Origin: Minisyncoccia bacterium
GTDB taxonomy: Bacteria; Patescibacteriota; Minisyncoccia; Phycocordibacterales; SBAW01
Length of the DNA stretch: 64,000 nucleotides
Direction: 5' to 3'
Assembly (NCBI GenBank): GCA_049997855.1
Contig: JBEKSG010000002.1
Location: 16,996 to 80,995 of the forward strand
Part shown: piece by piece, positions 39,108 to 48,975 of the stretch
Layout of the letters: each line of letters opens with the position of its first letter
Numbering within the stretch: the stretch's first letter is position 1
Notes under the pieces: generated by a model
The model's database searches: none
What the model was told of the DNA's origin: nothing
What the model saw: only the letters and a program-made list of their open reading frames with translations
Made by a program: the position numbers and the translations under genes

Positions 39108-39501
39108 CGCCCGTCAACTCAAGGGAGCCGGGAGCACCCGAAGTTCCACTATGTGGACCCACGGTAAGCTCGGTGACAGGGAGTAAGTCGTAACAAGGCA
39201 CGGGTAGCGGAAGCTGCTCGTGGAATAATTCAAATGAACAGCGTTCTGTCCCTCGTACGAGGACAGAATTGAATCGGCGATCTCTTTCTTGTCTGCGCAA
39301 GCAGGCGTAAGAAAGAAGGAGTGATGATGCTAACTCTATATTGCATCCGGTACGCCCTTTGACCGCAAGGTCAAAACCGCAGGGCCTCGATGGCTCGAGA
39401 GTACTGTTTAAAAGTACAGAGCAGGAAGCCGAGCAAACAACGGAACAAGAGAAAGGTGTGGAAACTCAATGTACGTATTCAGTTGGAAACGCAACAGGCA
39501 A

Positions 39502-39538
39502 CAAAAAATCCCCCGCCACGAGTGGCGGGGGATTTTTG
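39502..39538. terminator. bidirectional terminator between the 16S unit and speD
   Basis: CAAAAAATCCCCCGCCAC-GA-GTGGCGGGGGATTTTTG. Confidence 0.85.
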
Positions 39539-39545
39539 GACGCAT

Positions 39546-39995
39546 TTACTTCCGCAATGTGTACGAAAGATTGTAGTCGCTTGCCTTAAAGAACTCTTTG
39601 GCAAACTCCGATGCTTCGTACGGGTTGTAATATTTGCAAGAGAAAATGTCTAAGTAGGTTGTGTTGGTTGCGTTGGCAAAATGTGCCGATATGCACGACG
39701 TTTCAATGAGCTGTACCATCGAAAAGCCCGCCACTTTTTCGTCTTCGCCAAAATCAACCACCGTACACTCGCCAAAGCGCTTCATCTCGATGCGTTCGCA
39801 GAGCTTTACCACAAATCGCTTTATCTCCTCCGCGCTCCGGATAGTATCCGGGTTGCATTTATGGAGATCAATCGATGCCAAAAGCCCCCAGGCATCCTGG
39901 TTCTTATAATCCTGGCGCAAGCCAGAGTCGTCGCGGGCGATGTCATCTAGCGCATTGTTATGCAACGCCACGCGCGCGGCACTTTGTGTTTCCAT
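39546..39995 (-). CDS. speD: S-adenosylmethionine decarboxylase proenzyme
   Basis: DLHKCNP, GFSMVQLIETSCISAHF, YLDIFSCK. Confidence 0.85.
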   Translation of the reverse strand: METQSAARVALHNNALDDIARDDSGLRQDYKNQDAWGLLASIDLHKCNPDTIRSAEEIKRFVVKLCERIEMKRFGECTVVDFGEDEKVAGFSMVQLIETSCISAHFANATNTTYLDIFSCKYYNPYEASEFAKEFFKASDYNLSYTLRK

Positions 39996-40189
39996 TTCTT
40001 ATATGCATGCATTAATTGGCTGACAAAATTGTCCCTCAACATGGCTCGGGACGAAACTTTTTTACTATACGCTCTTGTGCCGCGAGCGCAAGGGTTTTTT
40101 GGCCCCTAAATCAAAATGTGTGGATAACTCGGCGAGCCGGTTTTCATGTGCTGGCAAACCGGCGCACTTTTTGTTATTATCGCACGGAC

Positions 40190-40265
40190 GCGCGCTTAGC
40201 TCAGTTGGTAGAGCATTCGACTGATACTCGAAAGGTCCTAGGTTCGATCCCTAGAGCGCGCACCA
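40190..40265 (+). tRNA. tRNA-Ile(GAT)
   Basis: Cloverleaf; anticodon arm TTCGA-CTGATAC-TCGAA; encoded CCA. Confidence 0.92.
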
Positions 40266-40328
40266 AGCTATTTGCAGCACCAGTTTTAGAGAAGCACTTA
40301 AGGATTTTTTGGTGTAAAGTAATCCGAC

Positions 40329-40410
40329 GGGCATGTGGCGGAACTGGTATACGCGTACGTCTCAGAAGCGTATGGAGCGATCCTTGGGAGTTCGAGTCTC
40401 CCCATGCCCA
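40329..40410 (+). tRNA. tRNA-Leu(CAG)
   Basis: GGGCATG/CATGCCC acceptor; TACGT-CTCAGAA-GCGTA; long variable arm; CCA not encoded. Confidence 0.93.
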
Positions 40411-40433
40411 CTAAAGATACAAGAAATAAACGC

Positions 40434-41177
40434 ATGATCGGATTTTTTGACTCAGGCTCCGGAGGTTTATCGGTACTTTCCGTGTTCCGCGCATTGGCTC
40501 CGGAGGCCGATACTGTCTATTTTGGAGATATCGCCAATGCTCCCTATGGAGAAAAGACTCAAACCAAGCTTGAGACGTTGACGAAAGCGGGGATAGAAAA
40601 ATTACAGGAGTTTGGCGCGACTCAAATTGTGGCCGCCTGCAACAGCGTTGCCTCCTCGGTGTTGGCCGGAGCTGCGGGTACTATGCCGGTGATTGAAATG
40701 ACCGCACCAACCGGAAAGTATATGGCGCAATACGCAGGCAAAAAATTTTTGCTTATCGCGACTCCTGCAACAGTTGCATCGGGTATTTATGATAGAGCAC
40801 TCGCTTCAATCGTTACACTTGACTCGCTCGCCATACCCGGGCTTGCCGGCGCGATAGAGTTTGGCGCTCCGGAGGCGGAGATACGGGCACTGGTGCGCTC
40901 GGCATTGAGCACTAAAAAAGGCACAGCATACGATGGTATGATACTTGCGTGCACTCATTACCCGCTTGTATTCCCGACCTTAGCCCAAAAGGCAAAGGAA
41001 ATACTCAACATCGCTTTGATTGTCGACCCGGCGGTTGCAGTTGCTACAGAAGTTGCGAAAAGGTTTGATATACATGGGCAAGGAGCCATGCAGTTTCTCA
41101 TTTCGAAAGAATCCGATATATTTCGCAGGCGCGTCGCAGAGTTGTTTCCCAATGTTTACACTATAATTAGTGTATAA
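40434..41177 (+). CDS. murI: glutamate racemase
   Basis: IGFFDSGSGGLSV, PYG, ACNS, LACTHYP. Confidence 0.93.
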   Translation: MIGFFDSGSGGLSVLSVFRALAPEADTVYFGDIANAPYGEKTQTKLETLTKAGIEKLQEFGATQIVAACNSVASSVLAGAAGTMPVIEMTAPTGKYMAQYAGKKFLLIATPATVASGIYDRALASIVTLDSLAIPGLAGAIEFGAPEAEIRALVRSALSTKKGTAYDGMILACTHYPLVFPTLAQKAKEILNIALIVDPAVAVATEVAKRFDIHGQGAMQFLISKESDIFRRRVAELFPNVYTIISV

Positions 41178-41184
41178 AAACCCT

Positions 41185-41943
41185 CTACTTATTAAACTTC
41201 TGTAACTCTTGTTTCCACGCGTCCATGAGGGGGACTATCCGCTCTTCGTCGGTACGAGCGCTCGCTTTAAGTTTTGCAGTGTCGGCAATCCATTCGCTGC
41301 CGCTCCACCACTCAAGCGGCTCAAAGTTTGTTTTGTACAAAGCCTTGGCGCCGTACACCGTGCCGAGGTAGTAGTGCTCGACGCCGCGCGCCGCTGCATC
41401 GCGGATGCAGTCAAGCATGAGCCACATGCCGAGCGATTGCCGCACAAACGAGAGATCATAAAACGAAAACCAGTAGTGCGTCATGCCGGCGTCCTCGACC
41501 TCGAACACGTAGGCCACCGGCACGCCGGCTTTGCAATACTCAACGATTGTCGTGATTACGCCGCAGGCAAGCCAATAGCGTATGCGCTCACGCGGCGCGG
41601 CGCGCTCGCCGTGCTTAATTTTAAAATACTCAACGCAAAAGGAGAGAAACACCTCGTCATTGATATCAAACTCGGCGAGCGGAATGCGCTTTTTATCAAA
41701 CTGTCCGTCAAACTTTTTGGCGATGCGTCTGTTTTCGCTCGTGAGTGCAAACTGCGGTAATGGTACACGCGCACTGCGCGCCATGTAAAAAATGTTTTGC
41801 ACATCCGGCGAGCCGGAGTAGGGGAGATAGCCGAGCTCGTATATATGCGCCAATGAGTCACCCTGCTCGCGCTCACAATAATTAGCATAGCCAAAGGTGT
41901 AAGAGCCGTAATTGTGTCCGAGCTCACTCGAAAACAGCTTCAT
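41185..41943 (-). CDS. ATE/Bpt-like aminoacyl-tRNA transferase (GNAT fold)
   Basis: FYD....SLG...L..I..A...G..HYYLG......YK..FEPLE. Confidence 0.72.
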   Translation of the reverse strand: MKLFSSELGHNYGSYTFGYANYCEREQGDSLAHIYELGYLPYSGSPDVQNIFYMARSARVPLPQFALTSENRRIAKKFDGQFDKKRIPLAEFDINDEVFLSFCVEYFKIKHGERAAPRERIRYWLACGVITTIVEYCKAGVPVAYVFEVEDAGMTHYWFSFYDLSFVRQSLGMWLMLDCIRDAAARGVEHYYLGTVYGAKALYKTNFEPLEWWSGSEWIADTAKLKASARTDEERIVPLMDAWKQELQKFNK

Positions 41944-41944
41944 G

Positions 41945-43354
41945 TTATTTGGGGAACTTTTGTTCGGCTAATGCAGGGATGCTCTCAATGAGTCCGCCCA
42001 TCGCTCCCGACGACGAGAGGAGGACGGCGTCGTTTGCTTTGAGCTCTTTCTCGAATATGTTGAGCATTGCCTCGGGCGTATCCACCGCAACCGCCGGCGT
42101 GCCGTGTGCGCTCACACGGTTTGCTATCTCCTCGGCACCCAGCTGAGTTTCTTTGCCGTCGTGCGGCGGACTAAAGATAAACACATGATCGGCTCCGAGA
42201 AACACGTCGTCGTACTGATGCAAAGATGCTTTGTTGCGCCAGGTAAACGTGTGCGGTTCAAACACCACCGTGAGCCGCCGGTTGGGGAAGTGCAGCTTCA
42301 TTGCGGCTACTGCCGCTTTTGCCTTTTCGTAGCTTGAGCCAAAACCCTCATACACCGCAACACTCGAGCGTGGCGAGAGATACTCCATACGGCGCCTAAC
42401 TCCCTCGAAGCTCATGATGCCTTTCGCCAGTTCCTCGGACGTGAGCAAACCTTTTTCGAGCAACACCGCGCTTATGCCGACGATGTTTTCGATATTATGC
42501 GCGCCCAGGAGCGGCGTAGTGAGAGAAATTATTTTTGTACCCTGATGCATGAGGTCAAACGTGCTCGGCATGCCATAGACAATGTTGTGCGGATACCACT
42601 CGGCTGGCTCAACGTTGCCGTAGGTGACTACCTTGCCGGCATATGCGGCCGAGAGCGCGAGCGCGTGCGTCTCGTTGGCGTTTACCACAAGCAGGCCACT
42701 CTGAGGAAGAATAGATATTAATTTTTTAAATGGCGCCAGATAACTTTCGTGCGTTGGATACACGTTGACATGGTCGTGCGTCGCAGAGGTGAGGAGCACG
42801 GTATGCGGATTGTAATGCAAAAACTTTGAGTTCTCGTCCCAATTGGCCGAGGGATACTCGTCGCCCTCGAGCACAAAAACTTCTCCCGTGCCTTTGTGCG
42901 CGTGCGCTTCAAGCCCCTTGGTAATCTCGCCGATAAAATAGCTCGGATCTTTGCCGGCGTGCAAAAGGCACCACGCAAGAAGCGCAGTCGAGGTCGACTT
43001 ACCGTAACTGCCCGCCACCACAATGTTGTCGGTGTGCAGGGTGAGCTCGTGCAATACATCGGGAAATGACAAAACTTTTTTACCGCTCGCGAATGCCGCG
43101 GCAACCTCCTCGTTGCTTTCCGGCACAAGCTTGGCATTTTTGCCGATTACTATTACGTCAGCGTCTGATGGAATATTTTCTTTTTTATAGCCGTTGTGGA
43201 AGGGAATATTGGCCTCTGTAAGATAGACGGAGACCGGGGGATAAAAACCCTCGTCGGAGCCGGTTATTTCGACACCCGCCTCGCGTAAAAGCAAAGCCAC
43301 AGCGCTCATGCCTTTGCCGGCAATACCGATAAAGTGCGCCTTTGTAATATCCAT
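41945..43354 (-). CDS. Mur ligase (MurC/Mpl family)
   Basis: HFIGIAGKGMSAVA, GSYGKST, EGDEY, HDH, GVRRR.E, VFEPH. Confidence 0.92.
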   Translation of the reverse strand: MDITKAHFIGIAGKGMSAVALLLREAGVEITGSDEGFYPPVSVYLTEANIPFHNGYKKENIPSDADVIVIGKNAKLVPESNEEVAAAFASGKKVLSFPDVLHELTLHTDNIVVAGSYGKSTSTALLAWCLLHAGKDPSYFIGEITKGLEAHAHKGTGEVFVLEGDEYPSANWDENSKFLHYNPHTVLLTSATHDHVNVYPTHESYLAPFKKLISILPQSGLLVVNANETHALALSAAYAGKVVTYGNVEPAEWYPHNIVYGMPSTFDLMHQGTKIISLTTPLLGAHNIENIVGISAVLLEKGLLTSEELAKGIMSFEGVRRRMEYLSPRSSVAVYEGFGSSYEKAKAAVAAMKLHFPNRRLTVVFEPHTFTWRNKASLHQYDDVFLGADHVFIFSPPHDGKETQLGAEEIANRVSAHGTPAVAVDTPEAMLNIFEKELKANDAVLLSSSGAMGGLIESIPALAEQKFPK

Positions 43355-43430
43355 GGCTCTACTATAACAAACCCTCAGACAAAACTCAGGGTAAATGAAA
43401 AAGCCAGTCCCGGGTGGGGCTGGCTAAGGG

Positions 43431-44270
43431 TTATTGACGAACGATCGCTACGAGATAGCGCCCGCCGCCGTTGCGGGTGTGCGGCAGACCCTCAGGCATA
43501 TGCCGATAATCTAGATGGATATTTTCCCCGAGTACGCCGCATTTGACGGCCTGCGCATAAGCAATGTTCGATAAGTCGATGTAGATTCCGTGCTCATCGA
43601 TTTTGCCGGCGTAGACCCCATATTTGTGGGGAAGATACTCCGCCGCCGCCCGATTGTATTTCGCATGCTTTGGATCAGGATCATCAAAACGGTGGTAGAA
43701 ATCCGAAGGCTTGATGAAGAAGAACGGCCACACATGGAGATCCTTCGGCTTACCACCGATTGCCTCTATGACGTTTTCGACAACGTCGGTGTGACGGTCT
43801 TCTTCCTTCCCGCGTGTCTTAACGCGCCGCCAGTCGAGCAAGCTTTCGCGCCCAGCATGAGCAAATACAAGATCATAGCCGTTTGAAACGACAATGACAC
43901 CACAACCTCCTGCGCTGAATATACCGGCATGCCCTCTCATGGAAAGATTCGTTCCATCGGCAGGACAATCTTGCTTACGCCTCATATAGAGACGTTCTCC
44001 CAGCATGAGAAAACGATCCAAATCGCCTTGTTGGATTATTTGTGCATTGAACTCCGTTGGGTTAGGCGCAAATGCACAGACCGCTCCAATGCTGCGCAGA
44101 GCGGAGGCGACTTTGTTTGCCAACGGCCGATTGGCCGCGATATCATTTGGCCATTGCAACGGGCTGAGTGACCAGTCCTTGCCTGCAAAGCATGAGGCTG
44201 TAAAAATGAGCCTGCTTCCCGGCACATGGATGGTATGTGTGACATACAGTGGCGCCAAGCGTTGATTCAT
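43431..44270 (-). CDS. divergent YfiH/PgeF (laccase-domain)-like protein
   Basis: PADG, AGGC.VIVV....FAHAGR, IDL.....Q...G...ENI. Confidence 0.55.
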   Translation of the reverse strand: MNQRLAPLYVTHTIHVPGSRLIFTASCFAGKDWSLSPLQWPNDIAANRPLANKVASALRSIGAVCAFAPNPTEFNAQIIQQGDLDRFLMLGERLYMRRKQDCPADGTNLSMRGHAGIFSAGGCGVIVVSNGYDLVFAHAGRESLLDWRRVKTRGKEEDRHTDVVENVIEAIGGKPKDLHVWPFFFIKPSDFYHRFDDPDPKHAKYNRAAAEYLPHKYGVYAGKIDEHGIYIDLSNIAYAQAVKCGVLGENIHLDYRHMPEGLPHTRNGGGRYLVAIVRQ

Positions 44271-44361
44271 TGCGCTTCTCCAATTTTTCCGATTAGAACT
44301 ATAGTCTAGAAAAAATGTACCAGACTTTTCTTATTACGTCAAAAGTGTTACTGTAGCGCTC

Positions 44362-45159
44362 ATGGTATCGAAGTCCGACACACCTGTAGGCAAGCTCTCG
44401 ATGGTGGCGACACCGATTGGCAATCTTGAGGACATCACACTGCGTGCTCTACGTACGCTCAAAGAGGCCAACATTGTGGCTTGCGAGGATACGCGCGTGA
44501 CAAAAAAACTGCTCGCGCATTTTGACATCCACACACCGACCGTCTCCTTCCACGCCCGGATCGGCGCTAAAGGGTTTGAAAAGATAATAAAGTTGCTTGA
44601 AGAAGGCAAGCACGTTGCGCTTGTCTCCGATGCCGGCACGCCGGGTGTGAGCGACCCGGGATTAGAACTCGTATCAGTGGTGCGCGAACATTTTGCAGAG
44701 AATTTAAATCGTTTTGAAAAAAAGTCTGGAAGCCCCTCGGACTCAGAGGCCGGGGGCGGCCCGAGGACTTTTTTGAGAAATGATTTAAATTCTCTGGTAA
44801 TCGAAACTATTCCGGGCCCAAGCGCATTGACGGCGGCCATATCCGTTGCAGGCTTGCGCGCGCCATCGTTTACCTTTTACGGATTTTTGCCGCAAAAAAA
44901 AGGAAGGGATATGATGTTTAAAGAAATCGGTGCAAACGATCGCGCGAGCATTTTTTACGAGTCGCCGCATCGGATTATGAAGACACTCGAGTCTTTGGTG
45001 GCGCACCTGCCCGCTGGAAGGCGGATTGGGGTCTTTAGAGAGCTCACCAAACTGTTTGCAGAGTCTGTTGTCGGCTCGGCCGAGGAAGTGCTGGTCTATT
45101 TCACAGCCAATGCTGACAAGCAACGCGGCGAGTTTGTCGTAATAGTGGAAGGTGTGTAA
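44362..45159 (+). CDS. rsmI: 16S rRNA C1402 2'-O-methyltransferase
   Basis: VATPIGNLEDITLRA, CEDTR, SDAGTPGVSDPG, YESPHR, RELTK. Confidence 0.96.
   Translation: MVSKSDTPVGKLSMVATPIGNLEDITLRALRTLKEANIVACEDTRVTKKLLAHFDIHTPTVSFHARIGAKGFEKIIKLLEEGKHVALVSDAGTPGVSDPGLELVSVVREHFAENLNRFEKKSGSPSDSEAGGGPRTFLRNDLNSLVIETIPGPSALTAAISVAGLRAPSFTFYGFLPQKKGRDMMFKEIGANDRASIFYESPHRIMKTLESLVAHLPAGRRIGVFRELTKLFAESVVGSAEEVLVYFTANADKQRGEFVVIVEGV
44696..44796. repeat. in-frame palindromic element of about 100 bp in rsmI
   Basis: CAGAGAATTTAAATCGTTTTGAAAAAAAGTC / GACTTTTTTGAGAAATGATTTAAATTCTCTG. Confidence 0.9.
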
Positions 45160-45168
45160 TATAAGAGT

Positions 45169-45408
45169 ATGTCTAAAGAAATGGGTGTTATTTTGCTTGG
45201 GCTCTTTGTGCTTGTACAGCCGTATTTTGGCGTGCCCAACAGCTGGCATACCTTTTTTGCGGTAATTGCAGGTATTGCTCTTATGACGCTCGGCTTTTTA
45301 TTGCGCGGCGAGGCGCTCGGCCGCGGCGGGGCAGTTGAGGAGCCGCGCCGCAATTTCTTTGTCGAAAACACCACGGTGTTTGTCGAGCAAGACCGCTCCG
45401 AGCAATAA
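45169..45408 (+). CDS. small two-TM protein
   Basis: 79 aa; two hydrophobic segments. Confidence 0.7.
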   Translation: MSKEMGVILLGLFVLVQPYFGVPNSWHTFFAVIAGIALMTLGFLLRGEALGRGGAVEEPRRNFFVENTTVFVEQDRSEQ

Positions 45409-45453
45409 TATTTTTTGAGCAAGCGTGCCGCCTGTGATGCTATAATTAGCTCA

Positions 45454-47277
45454 ATGCAGGAGGACCCAAATAAAATTACGTATTTTGCCACCACCAACTC
45501 GCGCGGCGAGGAAAAGCCTTTTGGCATCAAAAAAAAGGACCGCGGCAAGCACATGTACATCATCGGCAAGACCGGCATGGGCAAGTCGACCCTGCTCGAG
45601 AACTTGGCGATACAAGACATACGCAACGGCGAGGCGGTGGCGTTTATCGACCCGCACGGCCAAACCGCCGAGCGCTTGCTTGAGTACATCCCCGAACATC
45701 GCAAACGCGACGTGGTGTATTTTGCGCCGTTCGACATGGAGCACCCCATCGGTTTTAACGTGATGGAGGATGTGGGTTACGACAAGCGGCACCTTGTGGT
45801 CTCCGGTCTTATTACCGCGTTCAAAAAAATTTGGGTCGACGCCTTTAGCGCGCGCATGGAGTACATCCTCTCCAACACGCTCTTGGCGTTGCTTGAGTAT
45901 CCCGGCGCCACGATGCTCGACGTCAACCGCATGTTGGTCAACAAACACTACCGCAAAAAAGTAGTCGACAACATCAAAGACCCAATCGTCAAAGATTTTT
46001 GGAACGGGGAATTTGCCAGCTACTCCGATAGGTACACACAAGAGGCGACACCCGCTATACAAAACAAAGTGGGGCAATTTACCTCCAATCCACTTATTCG
46101 CAATATCGTGGGGCAGGCAAAGTCCTCCTTCGACATACGCGAGATGATGGACCAAAAAAAGATTTTAATCATCAACCTCTCCAAGGGCCGCGTGGGCGAG
46201 GTCAACGCCCAACTCCTGGGCTCGATGCTCGTGACCAAAATTTATTTGGCGGCGATGTCGCGCGCCGACATCTCGGCCTCGGTGCTTGCAACACTCCCGC
46301 AATTTTATTTTTACGTCGACGAGTTTCAAAACTTTGCCAACGAAAGCTTTGCCGATATCCTTAGTGAGGCGCGCAAATATAAATTAAATTTAATTATTGC
46401 GCACCAATATATAGAGCAGATGGATGAGGAGGTGCGTGACGCGGTGTTTGGCAACGTCGGCACGACCATTTCCTTCCGCGTCGGGCCGTTTGACGCCGAG
46501 GTGCTCGAAACAATCTTCCAGCCCGTGTTTATGGCGACCGACCTGGTCAACTTGGGTTTTGCGCAAATATATTTGACGCTCATGATAGACGGCGTTGGTT
46601 CGCCGCCGTTTAGCGCCGCAACGTTGCCGCCGTTCGACCCGCCGCCGCAAAGTTTTGTCGACGAAGTCATTGTAAACTCGCGCACGCAGTTTGGCGCGGC
46701 GCGCGCCGAGGTGGAGCGGGTCATCCAGCAGATACAAGACGACAATCCATTGGTGGCAGAAGCGTCAAAGACTAAATCCCGGCGCCTCGAAGGGGTCGGG
46801 ATCCCGACCCAAGCGTCGGAGAAAACAGCGCCCACAGCCCACCCGGTTCACACGTCTGTTTCGCATATGCCAAAGCCTCTTATTGAACGGGCTGATGAGA
46901 TCAAAAACGAGGTGGCAAGGATAATCCCCGAGTATCAAAAAGCAGCACCTTCATCACGGGCTCCAAACAAGCCTATCCAGTCCCAGGCCGCCGCTCGAAG
47001 CGGCATAAGTGTTTCCTTACCCCCAAAACCGCCTCTAGAGGGCTCCCAGAGCTTGAAAGAGGCTCTCGCACAAGCGCTCGGCAAAAAACCTCAGAATGAT
47101 AAACCTAGGCCGCAAAGCGGCATAAATGTGCCCTTACATACTCCCGACCTCAAAGCCACGCTCCACGCGGTTGCGCCAAAGGCCGAAGCCAAGGCGCCAG
47201 CCGCGGCAAAGTTGCCAGAAGACGAGCTGCGCTCTATGCTAGCCGTCGATGAAGGTTTGGACAACGAAAAGCCGTAA
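45454..47277 (+). CDS. VirD4/TrwB/DUF87-like ATPase
   Basis: HMYIIGKTGMGKST, IDPHG, YVDEFQNF, SEARKY, AHQY. Confidence 0.9.
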   Translation: MQEDPNKITYFATTNSRGEEKPFGIKKKDRGKHMYIIGKTGMGKSTLLENLAIQDIRNGEAVAFIDPHGQTAERLLEYIPEHRKRDVVYFAPFDMEHPIGFNVMEDVGYDKRHLVVSGLITAFKKIWVDAFSARMEYILSNTLLALLEYPGATMLDVNRMLVNKHYRKKVVDNIKDPIVKDFWNGEFASYSDRYTQEATPAIQNKVGQFTSNPLIRNIVGQAKSSFDIREMMDQKKILIINLSKGRVGEVNAQLLGSMLVTKIYLAAMSRADISASVLATLPQFYFYVDEFQNFANESFADILSEARKYKLNLIIAHQYIEQMDEEVRDAVFGNVGTTISFRVGPFDAEVLETIFQPVFMATDLVNLGFAQIYLTLMIDGVGSPPFSAATLPPFDPPPQSFVDEVIVNSRTQFGAARAEVERVIQQIQDDNPLVAEASKTKSRRLEGVGIPTQASEKTAPTAHPVHTSVSHMPKPLIERADEIKNEVARIIPEYQKAAPSSRAPNKPIQSQAAARSGISVSLPPKPPLEGSQSLKEALAQALGKKPQNDKPRPQSGINVPLHTPDLKATLHAVAPKAEAKAPAAAKLPEDELRSMLAVDEGLDNEKP

Positions 47278-48046
47278 TACACTCCTTATTATAGGAGTTC
47301 TTTTGGCGTTTATGGTGCCCGCCAGTGCCTTTGCCTCAATACAGTTTACTGAGATTATGTACAATCCGCCCGGCCCAGACCTAGGCCGCGAGTGGATAGA
47401 AATTACAAATACGGGGTCTAGTACTGTTGACCTCGCGGGATATAAATTGTTTGAGTCGGGTGTTAATCATGGCTTGGTACTTACCGCGGGTACCAGCACG
47501 CTTGCTGCGGGAGCGTCGGCAATTATTACCGCCGACGCGCAAAAGTTTTTGGCCGACTATCCGGCATACACGGGCGTGATGTTTAAAAGCCCTTTCAGTT
47601 TGCTTAACACGAGCGGGAGTTTTGCACTCAAAGACAAAACGCTCGCAATAGTCGACTCCGTCTCCTACGCCGCCGCCATGGGTGCGGCAGGCGACGGCAA
47701 CTCGCTCCATCTAAGCGACACCAGTTGGATACCGGGTGCGCCCAACCCCGGCAGTGATGCGCCTAGCGCGGCAATTGTAAAACCGGTGTCATCAGCAAAA
47801 ACTACGGTGCCTGTGGCCTCAACGAAAAAATCTACTGCCACAAGAACATCCAAACCATTAAGCGGTATAAAATCCACGCTCGGCGCATCGCCACTACTTG
47901 CCGATATTTCGCCTGTCTATTGGTATGCGCTCGGACTTCTTTCAATCGTAACACTCGGTATCGGGACCGTGCTGTATGCAAAGCCCGCGCTTCACAAAAG
48001 AGTGTCTGAAACCGATAGTGAGACAGTAGAGTTTGAGTTAGAATGA
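47249..48046 (+). CDS. lamin-tail-domain surface protein
   Basis: Signal peptide; TEIMYNP.G.D..REWIEI.N...VDL.GY; C-terminal TM. Confidence 0.85.
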   Translation: MKVWTTKSRNTLLIIGVLLAFMVPASAFASIQFTEIMYNPPGPDLGREWIEITNTGSSTVDLAGYKLFESGVNHGLVLTAGTSTLAAGASAIITADAQKFLADYPAYTGVMFKSPFSLLNTSGSFALKDKTLAIVDSVSYAAAMGAAGDGNSLHLSDTSWIPGAPNPGSDAPSAAIVKPVSSAKTTVPVASTKKSTATRTSKPLSGIKSTLGASPLLADISPVYWYALGLLSIVTLGIGTVLYAKPALHKRVSETDSETVEFELE

Positions 48047-48093
48047 GGTCGGGCCTCAATGGACACTGGCCCGACACAATTTTGCTAAATCGC

Positions 48094-48975
48094 ATGAAAA
48101 CAATCGTAGTTACCGGCGGTGCGGGGTTTATTGGCTCGCATCTGTGCGAGCGTCTCGTTAAAGACCTGTCTGCGCAGGCAGGCGGCTTTAAAGTCATCTC
48201 GCTCGACAATTATTTTACCGGCTCCAAAGACAATCACATAGCCGGCGTGGAGTATCGCGAGGGCCATACCAAAGACATTGCTAAGTTCATCCCCGAAACG
48301 CCCGACCTCATCTATCACTTGGGCGAGTATTCGCGCGTCGAAGTTTCTCTTACCGAACCGGCGCTGGTGTGGAACTTAAACATGGAGGGCACCTTTGGCG
48401 TGCTTGAGTATTGGAGAGAAAAAAATAAAGAGAAAAAATGCAAACTTATGTATGCGGGTTCCTCAACCAAGTTTGCCGATGGCGGCCTCGGGCGCGACCA
48501 GAGTCCATATGCGTGGAGTAAAGCAAGCAACACCGAGCTTATACGCAATTATGGTGAGTGGTACAAGCTCCCCTATGCCGTCACTTACTTTTACAATGTG
48601 TATGGCCCGGGCGAGCGAGCAGGCAAGTACGGCACAGTCATAGAGATTTTTAAACAGCTGTATTTAGCCGGGCAGCCGCTTACGGTAACTGCACCTGGCA
48701 CTCAGCAACGCATTTTTACGCATGTCGACGATATTGTAGATGGGCTGATAGCGGTGGGAGAGCGAGGCGAGGGCGACGAATTTGGCTTAGGAGCCGATGA
48801 GTCTTATTCGATACTTGAAATCGCAAACATGTTTAATGTTCCCATTATCATGAGGCCGGAGGTTGGAGGAAACCGTATGAGCGCCAAGCTCGATGCTAAC
48901 CGCTCGCATGCACTGGGTTGGCACGCTACGCGCAGGGTCGAGGAGTACATACGCGATATTGTCGCAAAAAAATGA
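48094..48975 (+). CDS. NAD-dependent epimerase/dehydratase
   Basis: VTGGAGFIGSHL, YAWSK, YNVYGP. Confidence 0.92.
   Translation: MKTIVVTGGAGFIGSHLCERLVKDLSAQAGGFKVISLDNYFTGSKDNHIAGVEYREGHTKDIAKFIPETPDLIYHLGEYSRVEVSLTEPALVWNLNMEGTFGVLEYWREKNKEKKCKLMYAGSSTKFADGGLGRDQSPYAWSKASNTELIRNYGEWYKLPYAVTYFYNVYGPGERAGKYGTVIEIFKQLYLAGQPLTVTAPGTQQRIFTHVDDIVDGLIAVGERGEGDEFGLGADESYSILEIANMFNVPIIMRPEVGGNRMSAKLDANRSHALGWHATRRVEEYIRDIVAKK

Larger units (their letters stand above)
36904..39231 (+). rRNA. rrs: 16S rRNA with one intron
   Basis: AGAGTTTGATCCTAGCTCAG, GTGCCAGCAGGAGCGGTAA, GGATTAGATACCC, AAGTCGTAACAAGG; ends approximate. Confidence 0.97.

Noticed and set aside
39996-40075. SAM riboswitch upstream of speD
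   Set aside because: Only a short GTCCC/GGGAC hairpin; no riboswitch consensus recognised.
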